From Eledone cirrhosa (Eukaryota): a DNA stretch of 64,000 nt. The DNA is taken from NCBI GenBank assembly GCA_964016885.1, contig OZ024758.1, forward strand, positions 30,318,001 through 30,382,000, read 5' to 3'. The notes below the pieces were generated by a model. It was not told where the DNA came from. It saw only the letters and a program-made list of their open reading frames with translations, and ran no database searches. This document shows, in pieces, positions 40,168 to 52,310 of the stretch (the first letter of the stretch is position 1; each line of letters begins with the position of its first letter). The translations under genes were made by a program, and so were the position numbers.

Positions 40168-40243
40168 GGACTATCCATCATCAGTGGTCTACTAGCCATC
40201 ATAGGTATTTCTTCGTATTAAAGACCAGATACCTCAGGCTAGC
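40168..40243 (-). ncRNA. Candidate non-circularly permuted hammerhead (AUC site)
   Basis: Minus: gctagcc-tg-aggta-TC-tggtct-ttaatacgaa-GAAA-tacct-atgat-ggctagt-agacca-CTGATGA-t-ggatagtcc. Confidence 0.65.
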
Positions 40244-40504
40244 GTGAACAATAACTAAAATAAGTTATTGGGATAAAAAGAATTGGGTGGAGAAAGAGAC
40301 ACGAATGGTGAGGCAACGTAAAGAGAGTAGTGTCTTTCGTCTTCTCGTCAATATTCGCAAGTTCTTATGTTCAAATGAATCATTGACTTGATTTTCTCAT
40401 TTTTTCCTCTCTTTACGTTGCCTCACCATTCATGTTTGTTTACCTGTCTCTCTTTCTTCACCCAATTCTTTTTATCCCAATAACTTATTTTAGTTATTGT
40501 TCAC

Positions 40505-40580
40505 GCTAGCCTGAGGTATATAGTCTTTAATACGAAGAAATACCTATGATGGCTAGTAGACCACTGATGATGGATAGTCC
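40505..40580 (+). ncRNA. Mirror copy of the permuted hammerhead (AUA site, one stem I mismatch)
   Basis: aggta-TA-tagtct ... GAAA-tacct ... agacca-CTGATGA. Confidence 0.6.
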
Positions 40581-40608
40581 TGGCTTCTATTTCTAATTCT
40601 TCATTTTA

Positions 40609-40656
<48 letters not shown>

Positions 40657-40659
<3 letters not shown>

Positions 40660-40868
40660 TGGTTACACAACAGTTAGTTCACTATACCGAGAACAATTGT
40701 TTCACCTCAGCGGATCCTCAGCTCGTAAAGATTACGAGCTGAGGATCCGCTAAGGTGAAACAATTGTTTTCGGTATGGTGAACTAACTGTTTTGTAACCA
40801 CTTCTACCTAACTCGTCCCATGGACTGAGTGCTCTGCCACTACGGATATTACCTTCCAGTGTTCTACC
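40657..40868. mobile_element. Palindromic PLE remnant with CTGAGGA hammerheads (40688-40725 minus, 40735-40772 plus)
   Basis: cgag-CTGAGGA-tccgctaaggt-GAAA-caattgTT-(c/t)tcg; stem III ACAATTGT palindrome. Confidence 0.62.
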
Positions 40869-40958
40869 TCTCTCTCTATATATACATATACATACAAGAG
40901 TACACACACTCTTAAATATAAGCAAACACACATATGGTGTGTATTATTTCCATATGTA

Positions 40959-41143
40959 GGTGGATTGGCAGTATCGGTAGAGGGTCGGACGTCATGCTTT
41001 CCAGCATAGTTACATCCCTTTACGATCTGAGTTCAAATCCCGCTGAGGTTGACTTTGCCTTTCATTCTTACGGGGTCGATAAAATAAAGTACCAGTAATG
41101 CACTGGGTGATTGCTGGCCTTGTGCCAAAAGTAGAAAAAATTA
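40959..41143 (+). mobile_element. Meta-domain SINE with 18-bp TSD
   Basis: attatttccatatgtagg at 40943-40960 and 41140-41157. Confidence 0.9.
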
Positions 41144-41394
41144 TTTCCATATGTAGGGAGGGTGAACTACAAAATTGTTTCCTTGATTTTCATTTTGTAG
41201 TGATTGTGTCTGTGTTGGAAAAGTCTAGGTTGAGATGACCCCATTGAAGTACGTTTCCTTGTTCAAGTGATGGGCAAGACGTAGTCTGGAGGACAAGTAA
41301 CTTTGTTTTAATTTCTACCAATTCATCACTCAGATTTCCCCCTACATATGATATGAAAAAGAGTTGTTTTATATTCAATACATTTTATTGTATA

Positions 41395-41655
41395 ATAATT
41401 GTTTCTACTTTAGGCCCAAGGCCAGCAATTATCCAGTACATTACTGGTACTTTATTTTATCGACCCCGTAAGGATGTATTGTATAATAATGGTTTCTGAT
41501 TTAGGCAGAAGGCCAACAATTTTTGGGAAAGGGAAAGTCGATAAAATCGACTTCAGTGCATTACTGGTACTTTATTTTATCGACCCTGTAAGGATGAAAG
41601 GCAAAGCTAACCTCGGTGGGATTTGAACTAAGAACGTAAATGGCCGTAACTCTAT
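41395..41655 (-). mobile_element. Two truncated Meta-SINEs
   Basis: Reverse-complement core/tail twice. Confidence 0.8.
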
Positions 41656-41694
41656 GCTATAAATCATAACATACTGCCGCTATAACATTAACCT

Positions 41695-43245
41695 CATTCA
41701 TTCCTTCAGCTCCATTGCTCTCTGTGGAGCATAGGCCATTGACAACTCTCCCACCATCGTACACAATCCTGGACACTCTTCCTCTTACCCTGCAGGCTCC
41801 AGGCCAGGGCTTGCTCTATGGTGTTGGATGCTGGTTTCCTGAGGGTATGTTCAATCCAGCTCCACTTCTTCCACAGAATCTGCTTTGCCACTGGTCCCTG
41901 TCCTGATCACTCGCACAGATCTTCGTTGTACCTCAGACAGGAGTTGAAGAATGTCTGGATCTTCGTTGTACCTCAGACAGGAGTTGAAGAATGTCTGGAT
42001 CTTCGTTGTACCTCAGACAGGAGTTGAAGAATGTCTGGATCTTCGTTGTACCTCAGACAGGAGTTGAAGAATGTCTGGATCTTCGTTGTACCTCAGACAG
42101 GAGTTGAAGAATGTCTGGATCTTCGTTGTACCTCAGACAGGAGTTGAAAAATGTCTGGATCTTCGTTGTACCTCAGACAGGAGTTGAAGAATGTCTGGAT
42201 CTTCGTTGTACCTCAGACAGGAGTTGAAGAATGTCTGGATCTTCGTTGTACCTCAGACAGGAGTTGAAGAATGTCTGGATCTTCGTTGTACCTCAGACAG
42301 GAGTTGAAGAATGTCTGGATCTTCGTTGTACCTCAGACAGGAGTTGAAGAATGTCTGGATCTTCGTTGTACCTCAGACAGGAGTTGAAGAATGTCTGGAT
42401 CTTCGTTGTACCTCAGACAGGAGTTGAAAAATGTCTGGATCTTCGTTGTACCTCAGACAGGAGTTGAAGAATGTCTGGATCTTCGTTGTACCTCAGACAG
42501 GAGTTGAAGACTGTCTGGATCTTCGTTGTACCTCAGACAGGAGTTGAAGAATGTCTGGATCTTCGTTGTACCTCAGACAGGAGTTGAAGAATGTCTGGAT
42601 CTTCGTTGTACCTCAGACAGGAGTTGAAGAATGTCTGGATCTTCGTTGTACCTCAGACAGGAGTTGAAGAATGTCTGGATCTTCGTTGTACCTCAGACAG
42701 GAGTTGAAGAATGTCTGGATCTTCGTTGTACCTCAGACGGGAGTTGAAGAATGTCTGGATCTTCGTTGTACCTCAGACGGGAGTTGAAGAATGTCTGGAT
42801 CTTCGTTGTACCTCAGACAGGAGTTGAAGAATGTCTGGATCTTCGTTGTACCTCAGACAGGAGTTGAAGAATGTCTGGATCTTCGTTGTACCTCAGACAG
42901 GAGTTGAAGAATGTCTGGATCTTCGTTGTACCTCAGACAGGAGTTGAAGAATGTCTGGATCTTCGTTGTACCTCAGACAGGAGTTGAAGAATGTCTGGAT
43001 CTTCGTTGTACCTCAGACAGGAGTTGAAGAATGTCTGGATCTTCGTTGTACCTCAGACAGGAGTTGAAGAATGTCTGGATCTTCGTTGTACCTCAGACAG
43101 GAGTTGAAGAATGTCTGGATCTTCGTTGTACCTCAGACAGGAGTTGAAGAATGTCTGGATCTTCTGCCGCAGCTTCTTTGTTGTCCTCCAAGTTTCACAT
43201 CCGCACAACAGTACCTCCTTCATGTTGGAGTTGAAGATGCGAAGT
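41695..43245 (-). mobile_element. RTE-clade LINE 3' fragment split by an internal 40-bp array
   Basis: LRIFNSNMKEVLLCGCETWRTTKKLRQKIQTFFNSCLR [array] NEDL...KKWSWIEHTLRKPASNTIEQALAWSLQGKRK. Confidence 0.82.
41918..43164. repeat. Homogeneous 40-bp minisatellite x31
   Basis: gatcttcgttgtacctcagacaggagttgaagaatgtctg. Confidence 0.97.
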
Positions 43246-43632
43246 TTAGTTCTTGGGCAACCTCATATTAATCAGACCTGTCAACTCTCCCCGTCGGACG
43301 GGGAGATCCCCTACCTCCCTTGGAGTGGGTGAGAGATGTATTCTCTTGTGAAAATGGGTATAGCTTTCATTATGTAAAATCTCCCCATTTTGCTTAATTT
43401 CTCCCCGTTTTGGGGTACTTGTTTTCATGGTACTCCCCGTTTGGGATTTCAGAGGTTGGCAGGTCTGATGCAGGCACGTACGTGTAAGTGTGTGTTTACT
43501 CTTTTCAGTACAGAACTATTAAATGGCTCGAAGCGGAATTTAGACATTCATCTGGGGAAATTTTCCCCGAATTACGAATTCCGGGGATGGAACGGTTGGG
43601 TGTATTTACGAATATAGCGACAGTATCTGCAT

Positions 43633-44468
43633 GGTGGTGTGACTGGTGGTGTGACTGGTGGTGTGACTGGTGGTGTGACTGGTGGTGTGACTGGTGGTGT
43701 GACTGGTGGTGTGACTGGTGGTGTGACTGGTGGTGCGACTGGTGGTGTGACTGGTGGTGTGACTGGTGGTGTGACTGGTGGTGTGACTGGTGGTGTGACT
43801 GGTGGTGCGACTGGTGGTGTGACTGGTGGTGTGACTGGTGGTGTGTCTGGTGGTGCGACTGGTGGTGTGACTGGTGGTGTGACTGGTGGTGTGTCTGGTG
43901 GTGCGACTGGTGGTGCGACTCGTGGTGCGACTGGTGGTGTGACTGGTGGTGTGACTGGTGGTGCGACTGGTGGTGTGACTGGTGGTGCGACTGGTGGTGT
44001 GACTGGTGGTGTGTCTGGTGGTGTGTCTGGTGGTGTGTCTGGTGGTGCGACTGGTGGTGCGACTGGTGGTGTGACTGGTGGTGCGACTGGTGGTGTGACT
44101 GGTGGTGTGTCTGGTGGTGCGACTGGTGGTGCGACTGGTGGTGCGACTGGTGGTGTGAGTGGTGGTGTGACTGGTGGTGTGACTGGTGGTGTGACTGGTG
44201 GTGTGTCTGGTGGTGCGACTGGTGGTGTGACTGGTGGTGTAACTGGTGGTGTGACTGGTGGTGTGACTGGTGGTGTGTCTGGTGGTGCGACTGGTGGTGT
44301 GTCTGGTGGTGCGACTGGTGGTGTGACTGGTGGTGTGACTGGTGGTGCGACTGGTGTGTCTGGTGGTGTGACTGGTGTGTCTGGTGGTGTGACTGGTGGT
44401 GTGTCTGGTGGTGTGACTGGTGGTGCGCCTGGTGGTGCGCCTGGTGGTGCGCCTGGTGGTGTGACTGG
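43633..44468. repeat. 12-bp GC-rich minisatellite (GGTGGTGTGACT) x ~70
   Basis: Direct inspection; variants GCG/TCT/CCT. Confidence 0.96.
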
Positions 44469-44584
44469 AGCAATGGGAAGGTTGGGTAGAATTTTAGTGA
44501 AGATCTAGGGTAGAGTTGGAGAAAGTGTATTGCTAACAGAACCACTGTAACTACCAACAACACTTGAATGGTTCTATCACTACT

Positions 44585-45674
44585 TTAACCCTTTAGCATT
44601 CACACTACTCTATATATACTATTGTATCTTCACAGTAAAGGCTTTACCTCACATAATATCTCACATAACATTTACATTACTCTATATATACTATTGTATT
44701 GTCACAGTAAAGGCTTTACCTCACATAATATCTCACATAACATTTACATTACTCTATATATACTATTGTATTGTCACAGTAAAGGCTTTACCTCACATAT
44801 TTATCTCACATAACATTTACATTACTCTATATATACTATTGTATTTTCACAGTAAAGGCTTTACTTCACATAATATCTCACATAACATTTACATTACTCT
44901 ATATATACTATTGTATTTTCACAGTAAAGGCTTTACCTCACATAATATCTCACATAACATTTACATTACTCTATATATACTATTGTATTTTCACAGTAAA
45001 GGCTTTACTTCACATAATATCTCACATAACATTTACATTACTCTATATATACTATTGTATTGTCACAGTAAAGGCTTTACCTTACATAATATCTCACATA
45101 ACATTTACATTACTCTATATATACTATTGTATTTTCACAGTAAAGGCTTTACCTCACATAATATCTCCCATAACATTTACATTACTCTATATATACTATT
45201 GTATTTTCACAGTAAAGGCTTTACCTCACATAATATCTCCCATAACATTTACATTACTCTATATATACTATTGTATTGTCACAGTAAAGGCTTTACCTCA
45301 CATAACATCTCACATAACATTCACATTACTCTATATATACTATTGTATTGTCACAGTAAAGGCTTTACCTCACATAACATCTCACATAACATTCACATTA
45401 CTCTATATATACTATTGTATTGTCACAGTAAAGGCTTTACCTCACATAACATCTCACATAACATTCACATTACTCTATATATACTATTGTATTGTCACAG
45501 TAAAGGCTTTACCTCACATAATATCTCACATAATATCGAATCTATGAGATTTTGAAAGTATTTATTTTGAGAACAATACCTTAACATCAGTATGAGTGGT
45601 CAGTTACAGCCAGTTTCAACAGAAAGAGGTAGAGAATTTAGGCCGGTTGTGGCCGGTTTGAACATTAAAGGGTT
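44585..45674. mobile_element. piggyBac-like MITE expanded by a 72-bp internal unit x ~13
   Basis: ttaa-ccctttagcatt start, aaagggtt end; unit acatttacattactctatatatactattgtattttcacagtaaaggctttacctcacataatatctcacata. Confidence 0.8.
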
Positions 45675-46516
45675 GTCACCATTACAGTTACATCATCACA
45701 ATCACAAACACAACAATCAACATCAAGAATCAACAAGAGAACCTCTATACGATTGATCAAATTACTAGAAATAGTAGCGAAATATTTCTCAAATCACACT
45801 TTACCTATCTTGAAATAGATAGGACATATTGGACAATTTAGCCAGTCTGCCGGAGCTGCGGGGCGGTCAGCGCGTCCTTTGCCCACAATAGTGAGAGACG
45901 GAGGCAGTGACTGGGAGTTTGGTTCCTTTGTGTTCGGACCTGGTGTATATATATGAGAGAGAATTAGTCTAACAGTTACTTCTTTTTTTCTTTCTTCTAC
46001 GCTCCTTTCTGGTTGACCATATATACTCTGGTCAATACTGAATTTTCCCTTGCAACACATAGACATATATATCCATACATATCTCTGAATAAATGGTGAG
46101 ATGATCACGACTGGAACGCCTTTGATCCTATATTTAAACGAACATATCTGACCTGGGGCTAAACAAAGTACAAGCCCAATACTAAAGCCACTATCACCAG
46201 CCCCACTGAGATGAACAGACAGACAATTTCAACAGTGTTGAAAGATGCAGTGAATTACATAGCCTGTAGCTGTCGATAGAATGGAACTGTCAATAAACGG
46301 CTTCCTTTTGGTGGGTGAAGGTTACAGACAAAGCAAATTTCAATTCATAGATATAGCTTTGGGATAACATGAGATTGTAATGGAAGATTTATATGGAAAT
46401 ACGCCAGACTATACATTGTGCCGTTGGGTTGTAGTATGGCAGAGTAGTAAAATAAAAACAAACACATGAATAGATGTAGTTGGCAGGTTTTCTATTGAAA
46501 TATAATTATTATTTCA

Positions 46517-46912
46517 CCGTGAATTGGCAGTATCGGGAGAGGGTTGGACGCCATGCATTCTAGCATAGTTACGTCCCTTTACAGTCTGAGTTCAAATCCC
46601 GCCGAGGTTGACTTTGCCTTTCATCCTTACGGGGTCGATAAAATAAAGTACCAGTAATGTACTGGGTATTTGCTGGCCTTGTGCCTAAAGTAGAAACAAT
46701 TATTTCACCACCATGAGGGCGGTGGATTGGCAGTATCAGTAAAGTGTCAGACACCATCATGGCATAGAGTTATGTCCTTTTACGTTCTGAGTTCAAATCC
46801 CGCCGAGGTTAACTTTGCTTTTCATCCTTACGGGTTCGATAAAATAATGCACCAGTAATGTACTGAGGTCGATTTAATCGACTTCCCCCTCTCCTAAATT
46901 GCTGGCCTTGTG
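46517..46912 (+). mobile_element. Two tandem Meta-SINEs (first with attatttcacc TSD)
   Basis: A/B boxes and cores at 46517-46703 and 46716-46912. Confidence 0.88.
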
Positions 46913-46956
46913 CAATACTCTATAGTTTACATATGATACACACATCTACCCACATA

Positions 46957-47297
46957 TACGAGGGTTGACTGAAAAGTTCATATGCTGACCAAGATACTCT
47001 CATGGAAGGACCAAAATGAGGTTTATTTTTCAATATAGTCCCTGGAAACTAACAATGTAGTTAATAATAATTTTCTACTTTTTGGCACAAGGCCAGCAAT
47101 TATCCCAGTGTATTACTGGTACTTTATTTTATCGACCCCGTAAGGATGAAAGGCAAAGCTAACCTCGGCGGGATTTGAACTCAGACCATAAAGGGCAGTT
47201 AATAATAATAAGAGTTGAAATTAATTTATGAAAGATTTCACAGCCCTAGCATCACTCTTTCGTAGTCAGCTTATGAACTTTTCAGCCTACACTCGTA
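46957..47297 (+). mobile_element. Mariner-type MITE with a nested SINE (47067-47198 minus)
   Basis: TIRs TACGAGGGTTGACTGAAAAGTTC / GAACTTTTCAGCCTACACTCGTA. Confidence 0.85.
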
Positions 47298-48394
47298 CAA
47301 TTGAATAAAATGAGACTGGCACTCCGTCGGTTAAGACGACGAGTGTTCCAGTTGATCATATCAACGGAACAACCTGCTCGTGAAATTAACGTGCAAGTGG
47401 CTGAACATTCAACAAACACGCGTACTCTTAACGCAGTTCTCAGGGAGATTCAGCATGACACAGAATGTGACAAGGCTGGCCCTTCGAATTACAGGTACAA
47501 CTCATTTTTGCTAGCTGAGTGGACCGGAGCAATGTGAAATAAAGTGTCTTGCTCAAGGACACGGTGTTACCGGGAATCGAACTGACGACCGTACGATCAT
47601 GTACCCTAACCACAAAGCAACGCGCCATCAATAATTTCGAACAAAAGCACATGGTTACAATTTTTCGGCAAAGGAGTGCAGTTGTTTAAATACTCATCAA
47701 TTAAGTGGTTCTTATATTACCGTCCCTGAAGGATGAAATATATAGTCGACCTTGATAGGATTTGATATCAGAAGGTAAGGAGGTGAAATTAATAACGCAA
47801 TGCATTTTTGTCCGATGTTCGAACGATTCGGCGAATTCAGCTCTCTTAAAAATATATATTAGTGAAAACAGCTAGTCCTCGGTGAACACGGAAATAACAA
47901 ATCTAAATATAATATCCATCTTTCATATTTCGTCAGAAGACTCGGAAGAAATGTAATCTTGTTACGATATCTCGATATAGCAGTAGCCATTAGCAAAAGG
48001 TCGGAATTGAAGAAAGAATCGTAACAAGTGACAATAATGACAGGTGAAGAGTGAAATATTTAGAAATAGAAAGATATATGGAGGAGAAAAATTGTATTCA
48101 TGTAATATATAAATCATCTAAAAGAATAAAATAAATTTCGTAGAAATATTCATTATAGTACAATGTATTTCCCCCAGATATACGGATATCAAATATCAGC
48201 ATTCACATAGACAACTCAACATATTCAATCTTAACATTACATAAACTAGTGACAAGACTGTATTAGAGAAGCTCTTGCAATATATTCCTGCTTTTCTAAT
48301 TAACTATCGAATCTATGAAAATATACATATGTATAAACATATACATACATACCTATATATATAACTCTATCTATCTATCTATCTATCTATCTAT

Positions 48395-48642
48395 CGTGCC
48401 TGTAGGTTGAGGAAAAGGAGGAGGAGAGGAAAGGAGTACAAACTCTTCGTACTCCTGGAGATGAGGGTTTCATATTTTTTCGGGGGTATGTGTTACCCAT
48501 ATGAACTGTCTCCCCCTATTGGGGAAAATCGACTAATTTTTTAAATTGCATTTGTGATAACATTTTACACGTTTTTATTGTATGTAAACTTCCCCCTTTG
48601 TATTTGTCCCCTTCTTTTGTGCCCCTGTGGCTAATAAAGAAA
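48395..48642 (+). mobile_element. L1/Tx1 LINE 3' UTR fragment within (TATC)n
   Basis: 3' end ctttgtatttgtccccttcttttgtgcccctgtggctaataaagaaa resembles 53836-53882. Confidence 0.65.
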
Positions 48643-48667
48643 CATATCTATCTATCATTCTATCTAT

Positions 48668-48722
<55 letters not shown>

Positions 48723-48724
48723 CG

Positions 48725-49060
48725 ATAGAAAGGTCTCCAAAGCGATGGGGACGCAGAGAAACTGTTCTTGGTACTTCCTTCACTCCCAAACGAGCATGCG
48801 CGCGCTTCCCTGGGATGCTCAATCTTGGCTTGGAGCTCCCGTTGAATGCTACCGCCAAGTGCGAATTTCGCGCAGTTATTATATACGAGGGCAACCCCAA
48901 AAGTAAGGTCTGCTTCCGAGGAAAACATGCGTAAAGATCGGCGGATCACTTTGGATGCTCTCTGCATTTTGGTTCCTGAGGTTTCCCGAAGCACCATCCA
49001 CGGGATTTTAACGGAAAAGTTGCAATATCGGAAGGAGGCCTTACTTTTGGGATTGCCCTC

Positions 49061-49063
<3 letters not shown>
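48725..49063 (+). mobile_element. Rearranged mariner remnant: transposase N-terminus (48725-48880) next to a TIR-bounded deletion derivative (48884-49063)
   Basis: ELPLNATAKCEFRAVI; TIRs TACGAGGGCAACCCCAAAAGTAAGG / CCTTACTTTTGGGATTGCCCTCGTA; inside EENMRKDRRITLDAL...VSRSTIHGILTEKLQYRK (mariner HTH). Confidence 0.82.
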
Positions 49064-49107
<44 letters not shown>

Positions 49108-49157
49108 GAGAAGAAAGAATGAATACTGCGTGGTTGCACATGGGTTACATATAATAA

Positions 49158-49260
49158 AAATAGTCCTTCATCAGTGATTTTCCAACCTTCATTGATATTT
49201 CATCGCTTTAAAAATCATATACCTCCAGTTGGTGTGAGCAATAGCTAAATAAAGCTATTG
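49158..49260 (-). ncRNA. Permuted hammerhead candidate, second copy of the 17451 family (element 49103-49492)
   Basis: ggta-TA-tgattt...GAAA-tatc...aaatca-CTGATGA; upstream hairpin caatagct/agctattg. Confidence 0.6.
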
Positions 49261-49758
49261 GGACAAGTAAATCGCGTAAAGCGAGCGAGACAAGTAAACA
49301 AACATAGAAGGATAGCAACGCAAAGATAGGAAAAAAACAAGCACATGGGAGTCCGATCAGCTTAAACTGTGTGGATTTCATGGGTGAGAGAGACAGCAGA
49401 CCGTCCGACGCGAGTAAGGTGTGAGCAAGAAAGGACCCTAATTCAGGTCAAACGGGAGGAAGTGAGAAGGGGAGAAGCAGAGAGTGAGTGAGTATATATA
49501 TTATATATATATATAACGAAGGAAGTGTGGTAAGGAACCAGTCTGCTGCATTATGGTCCATCTGGTTCCTTACCACACTTCCTTCGTTATCTAACTCTTA
49601 CCTCCGTAGTAGAGTACTTTCCGACCCTACCACCCCTTATCCCGACTTTTCCACCCAGCTCTAGTTTCATTACACCCACCATGCGAAAACACACTATCGA
49701 GGTCCAGAAATAGCCGTCGAAACGGCTTGAGCTCTGCCGTCGGGGTTAAAAATGTTCC

Positions 49759-49801
<43 letters not shown>

Positions 49802-50227
49802 TATTCTGTTTACAAACAAAAGACCCCTTCCCTAAAATAATTGGCGAGTACGTATTTTGAAGTTCCTTGCATCAGGTTAATACGCTGCCTTGTCACTGCT
49901 GCCATTAGAAATGGTGTGAATCGAATTAGCGATAGGCTGGTTGGAAACTTGTAATTAACGATGTTAGTGTTCACAAATTGTAATATAAAATTAATAAACA
50001 AATAAAGTTCTATCGATTAATTGGTCGCCGGAGTGACAAAACTTTACATTTAATTCATGGTACCCTGCAGTGTCTAATGAAACAAAGAATTGACGTTTTC
50101 TCCACTCTTCAGCTTGATATGTTAAGGAAGTCAATAGACACACATTTACGAGTTGTCGAAGATAGTTTCAAATCATATTTAAATAGTTAGGAATATATTA
50201 AAACATTAAATTGGCATCTTATTTCTC

Positions 50228-50416
50228 GGGCGGTGGATTGGCAGTATCGGTAGAGGGTCGGACGCCATGCTTTCCAGCATAGTTACGTCCCTTTACGATC
50301 TGAGTTCAAATCCGGCCGAGGTTGACTTTGCCTTTCATCCTTACGGGGTCGATAAAATAAAGTACCAGTAATGCACTGGTTAATTGCTGGCCCTGTGCCT
50401 AAAGTAGAAACAATTA
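50228..50416 (+). mobile_element. Full-length Meta-domain tRNA SINE with 23-bp TSD
   Basis: TSD attaaattggcatcttatttctc at 50205-50227 and 50413-50435; A and B boxes. Confidence 0.93.
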
Positions 50417-50958
50417 AATTGGCATCTTATTTCTCCTTTAGTTGACCAATATTTTTGTTTCTTTAGAAATCTAATTCTCTCTCACTAAAAAAAAGAAAAA
50501 AGAAAAAGGTTTCCAAATGACAGAACACCCGGTGAGAATCTGTTTCAAGAAAACTTACTATAATTTTGCGATGACGTCTATGGTTTATTTAATGGCACTC
50601 AAATATACTTGTGTTAGAGGACTGAATTATCGGCTGAAAGGAAAAATATTCATTGTAGTAAATAAACTACTGAAATAGTTACACGAAGATTTTAAAGCAC
50701 AGCTTCTAATTAGTGATGACTAGTATGAAGTCTAGAGTAACGATTTGACGACATTCTATGGAAATAAAAGAAAAAAAAAACCCCATTAAGGTGTATCTTT
50801 TAAAATAGACATTTAATGTATGGAACTGTAAGGGATGTCCAGTGTTTAGGAGGTGAAGGGGAAGAGCAATAGTGGAAATTAGTCTCTATATATAGATATA
50901 AAACACACATTCATACATGGAGACAAAGGCATCTATAATTCTCACAGTAATGTCTGTT

Positions 50959-50989
<31 letters not shown>

Positions 50990-50992
50990 TTA

Positions 50993-51025
<33 letters not shown>

Positions 51026-51190
51026 AACCAGATAGGGTGTGGTAAAAACCAGCTAGACATTTTATCTATGGCAAAACATCACTAGAATTATGACAGCAAA
51101 AATTATTAGCTAATGCCTCTACTTTTTTAACATTTTCCCTTTATTTTTTCTCCATAAATTATATCACTGATTTATTAAAATCAATCATTA

Positions 51191-51371
51191 TTGGCAGTGT
51201 CAGTAGAGAGTCGGACGCCATGCTTTCCAGCATAGTTACGTCCCTTTACGGTCTGAGTTCAAATCCCGCCGAGGTTAACTTTGCCTTTCATCCTTACGGG
51301 GTCGATACAACAAAGTACCAGTAAAATGTACTGGGTAATTGCTGGCCTTGTGCCTAAAGTAGAAACAATTA
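51191..51371 (+). mobile_element. Meta-domain SINE
   Basis: A/B boxes, core, tail. Confidence 0.88.
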
Positions 51372-51562
51372 TTTTCTTACAAAAAAAAAAATGTATGAAA
51401 CGCAGCAAGGCGCGGGTAATTCGGCTAGTATATATATATATATATTGTTTACCTTTTACATATATATATATATATGTAAAAGGTAAACAGATATAACAAC
51501 ACAATCGGTACAGTATATAGAAGGTATATATTAGGTTAACGCTTGATATAGCAGGAAGAGGG

Positions 51563-51598
51563 TCTTAACGTTTCGGACGCTAGTCCTTCATCAGAAGA
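51563..51598 (-). ncRNA. Minimal PLE-type hammerhead
   Basis: Minus: tctt-CTGATGA-a-ggac tagc gtcc-GAAA-cgTT-aaga; ACGT palindromic stem III. Confidence 0.72.
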
Positions 51599-52310
51599 AA
51601 GAATGAGAAATAAAATAGATTAAGGGGACGGGCGGGATGGAATTTGAAAAAATGTCTATAGATAAAAATAATAGGTCCATTCATGTTGACATCTCTTACA
51701 AATAAAAAGTACTGGTGAAGTCAAGAAAATTAACCAATACAGACAGTCCCATCTGATCAGTTGACTGCTACAGACACCTTGTTTCAGTGCTTTTGTGTGT
51801 CTGTATGCGAAAGGTAAACAGAAACAACAATTAATACATTACAACGAAGAAATATATTAGTTTAACGCTTAATATAGTAGGAAAAGAGCCTTAACATTCC
51901 GTACACTAGTTTTGAGAAGAAGCTCGCTTGTTTAGTCATGAAAGATACTGTTACATATAGAAGAAACCATATATATCATACATGCATACATACAATAGAC
52001 ACACGTATAATTATGTATTATATAGTAAGTAACCGAGACTGCACAAACGTGTATAAATATATACACACATATCTAATACGCAAATATGTAAACATGCATA
52101 TACACGCACACGCACCCCCTCCCACACACACAAGCACAGAGATGATGATTTTTCGTTTTCTATTATATATATATATATATATATACAGGTGTTTGTGTGT
52201 GTATATATATGTGTGTGTGTGTATATATATATATATTTATGTGTGTGTGTATACATTATACATATCCCCCCCCCCACACTCTCAAGCGTGAAACTAATAT
52301 TAACATTCTA

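Larger units (their letters stand above)
40095..40612. mobile_element. Inverted-arm PLE-like remnant carrying a permuted hammerhead in each arm
   Basis: 40135-40326 is the reverse complement of 40408-40612; (TA)n flanks. Confidence 0.72.

Noticed and set aside
41918-43164. CRISPR-like regular repeat
   Set aside because: Units are contiguous with no unique spacers; derived from an RTE ORF; eukaryotic context with no cas genes
43505-44563. His-rich (HHQS)n ORF with a hydrophobic N-terminus
   Set aside because: Starts at GTG, not ATG; the open frame is explained by the 12-bp unit
44839-45555. 238 aa repeat ORF
   Set aside because: 72-bp unit inside a non-coding piggyBac-like MITE
50228-50320. 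tRNA genes
   Set aside because: A/B boxes belong to SINE heads with extended spacing and no cloverleaf
51686-51790. Hydrophobic minus-strand segment with a gtaag donor as signal-peptide exon of the Cys-rich gene
   Set aside because: The hydrophobic frame lacks an ATG and ends in phase 1, incompatible with the phase-0 exon at 38739
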